From an uncultured Planctomycetales bacterium (lineage in GTDB: Bacteria > Omnitrophota > Gorgyraeia > Zapsychrales > Zapsychraceae): a stretch of 35,204 bases of DNA. The stretch spans positions 1 to 35,204 of the forward strand of contig CAYIQK010000001.1 in the NCBI GenBank assembly GCA_964365515.1, given 5' to 3'. The position numbers and the translations under genes were made by a program. This document shows positions 34,839-35,204 of this stretch, piece after piece. Below the pieces are notes generated by a model that had not been told where the DNA came from, did not search any database, and worked only from the letters and a program-made list of their open reading frames with translations. Each line of letters opens with the position of its first letter. Within the stretch, counting starts at the first letter, position 1.

Positions 34839-35204
34839 TCAATGCGGTCTTATCTTTGCTGTCTCGGTCTCTGACGAGGGGTCTTGCCTCTTACGGGAAT
34901 TCTCCTTCGGGATTTCGATCCTCCCACCCGCTTGGATAATCTTCTCTTGCGCCGCCTTAGAAACACTTCCCTCACCGATAACTAGAGATTTTGTGATTTC
35001 CCCGTCTCCCAAAATCTTGAAAGGTTTGTTGAGACTTTGGATCAACCCGCGCGACTTTAGCAATTCCGCGTTGATAACAGTCCCTGCCTCGAACTGATTC
35101 AAACCCTCGATCTTCACGACCTGATTAAGGATCGGACGATGACTTCTGAAACCCACTTTGGGGATACGTTTCATCAATGGCATTTGGCCGCCTTCCGACC
35201 CAAT
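34839..35204 (-). CDS. rplO: 50S ribosomal protein L15, 5'-truncated by the window edge
   Basis: The frame stays open to base 35204 (IGSEGGQMPLMKRIPKVGF...), matching the FEGGQMPL.RR.PK.GF block of L15. The N-terminal roughly 40 aa lie outside the window. There is a short C-terminal tail after ...QAGGRIEI. Confidence 0.9.
   Translation of the reverse strand: MGSEGGQMPLMKRIPKVGFRSHRPILNQVVKIEGLNQFEAGTVINAELLKSRGLIQSLNKPFKILGDGEITKSLVIGEGSVSKAAQEKIIQAGGRIEIPKENSRKRQDPSSETETAKIRPH

Noticed and set aside
1-35204. CRISPR arrays, transposases, integrases, prophage genes, rRNA
   Set aside because: No intergenic gap exceeds about 160 nt. I saw no spaced direct repeats and no recombinase-like ORF. 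The tRNA-Gly has no adjacent integrase or duplicated 3' end.

Overview
The window is densely coding: gaps between genes are mostly under 100 nt. About 50 of 52 genes lie on the minus strand. Gene content indicates a diderm bacterium (LPS-heptose genes gmhA and hldC, an LpxL-type acyltransferase, a TonB-like protein, T2SS/T4P-type parts). I cannot assign a phylum from the sequence alone.

Reading right to left along the minus strand:
- Distal ribosomal superoperon: rplO (5' end outside the window), secY, adk, map, infA, rpmJ, rpsM, rpsK, rpsD, rpoA, rplQ.
- An aspartate aminotransferase, pilT, and an IDH-family dehydrogenase.
- A lipB-led glycolipid operon: lipoyl-domain::GT28 fusion, LPLAT acyltransferase, GT2, TonB-like protein.
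- DUF1844 and a Trm112-like protein.
- The conserved aroQ-pepP-efp-accB-accC-asp23-amaP block.
- pfk, gmhA, hldC, thiE, and tRNA-Gly(CCC).
- A LysM/M23 lipoprotein.
- A tightly overlapping string: a COG1672/DUF234-type ATPase, a YfcE-type phosphoesterase, a HIT protein, a dGTPase-like protein and a GAF-HD-GYP protein.
- An envelope cluster (SPOR protein, small Lys-rich ORF, SH3b protein, M50 protease), then aroB.
- At the left edge: a membrane-anchored hypothetical protein, a redoxin, and the N-terminus of mntH.

Only an ExeA/GspA-like ATPase and a GspB-like partner sit on the plus strand.

I found no CRISPR array, transposase, integrase or rRNA. Three real genes fall below the 60-aa cutoff of the ORF track: rpmJ, a Trm112-like zinc ribbon, and the mntH N-terminus.

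The most unusual items are:
1. A textbook E2-type lipoyl domain fused in frame to an MGDG-synthase-like GT28 glycosyltransferase, directly behind lipB.
2. The five-gene nucleotide-phosphohydrolase/ATPase string.

All family calls rest on motif recognition by eye. No database search was possible.
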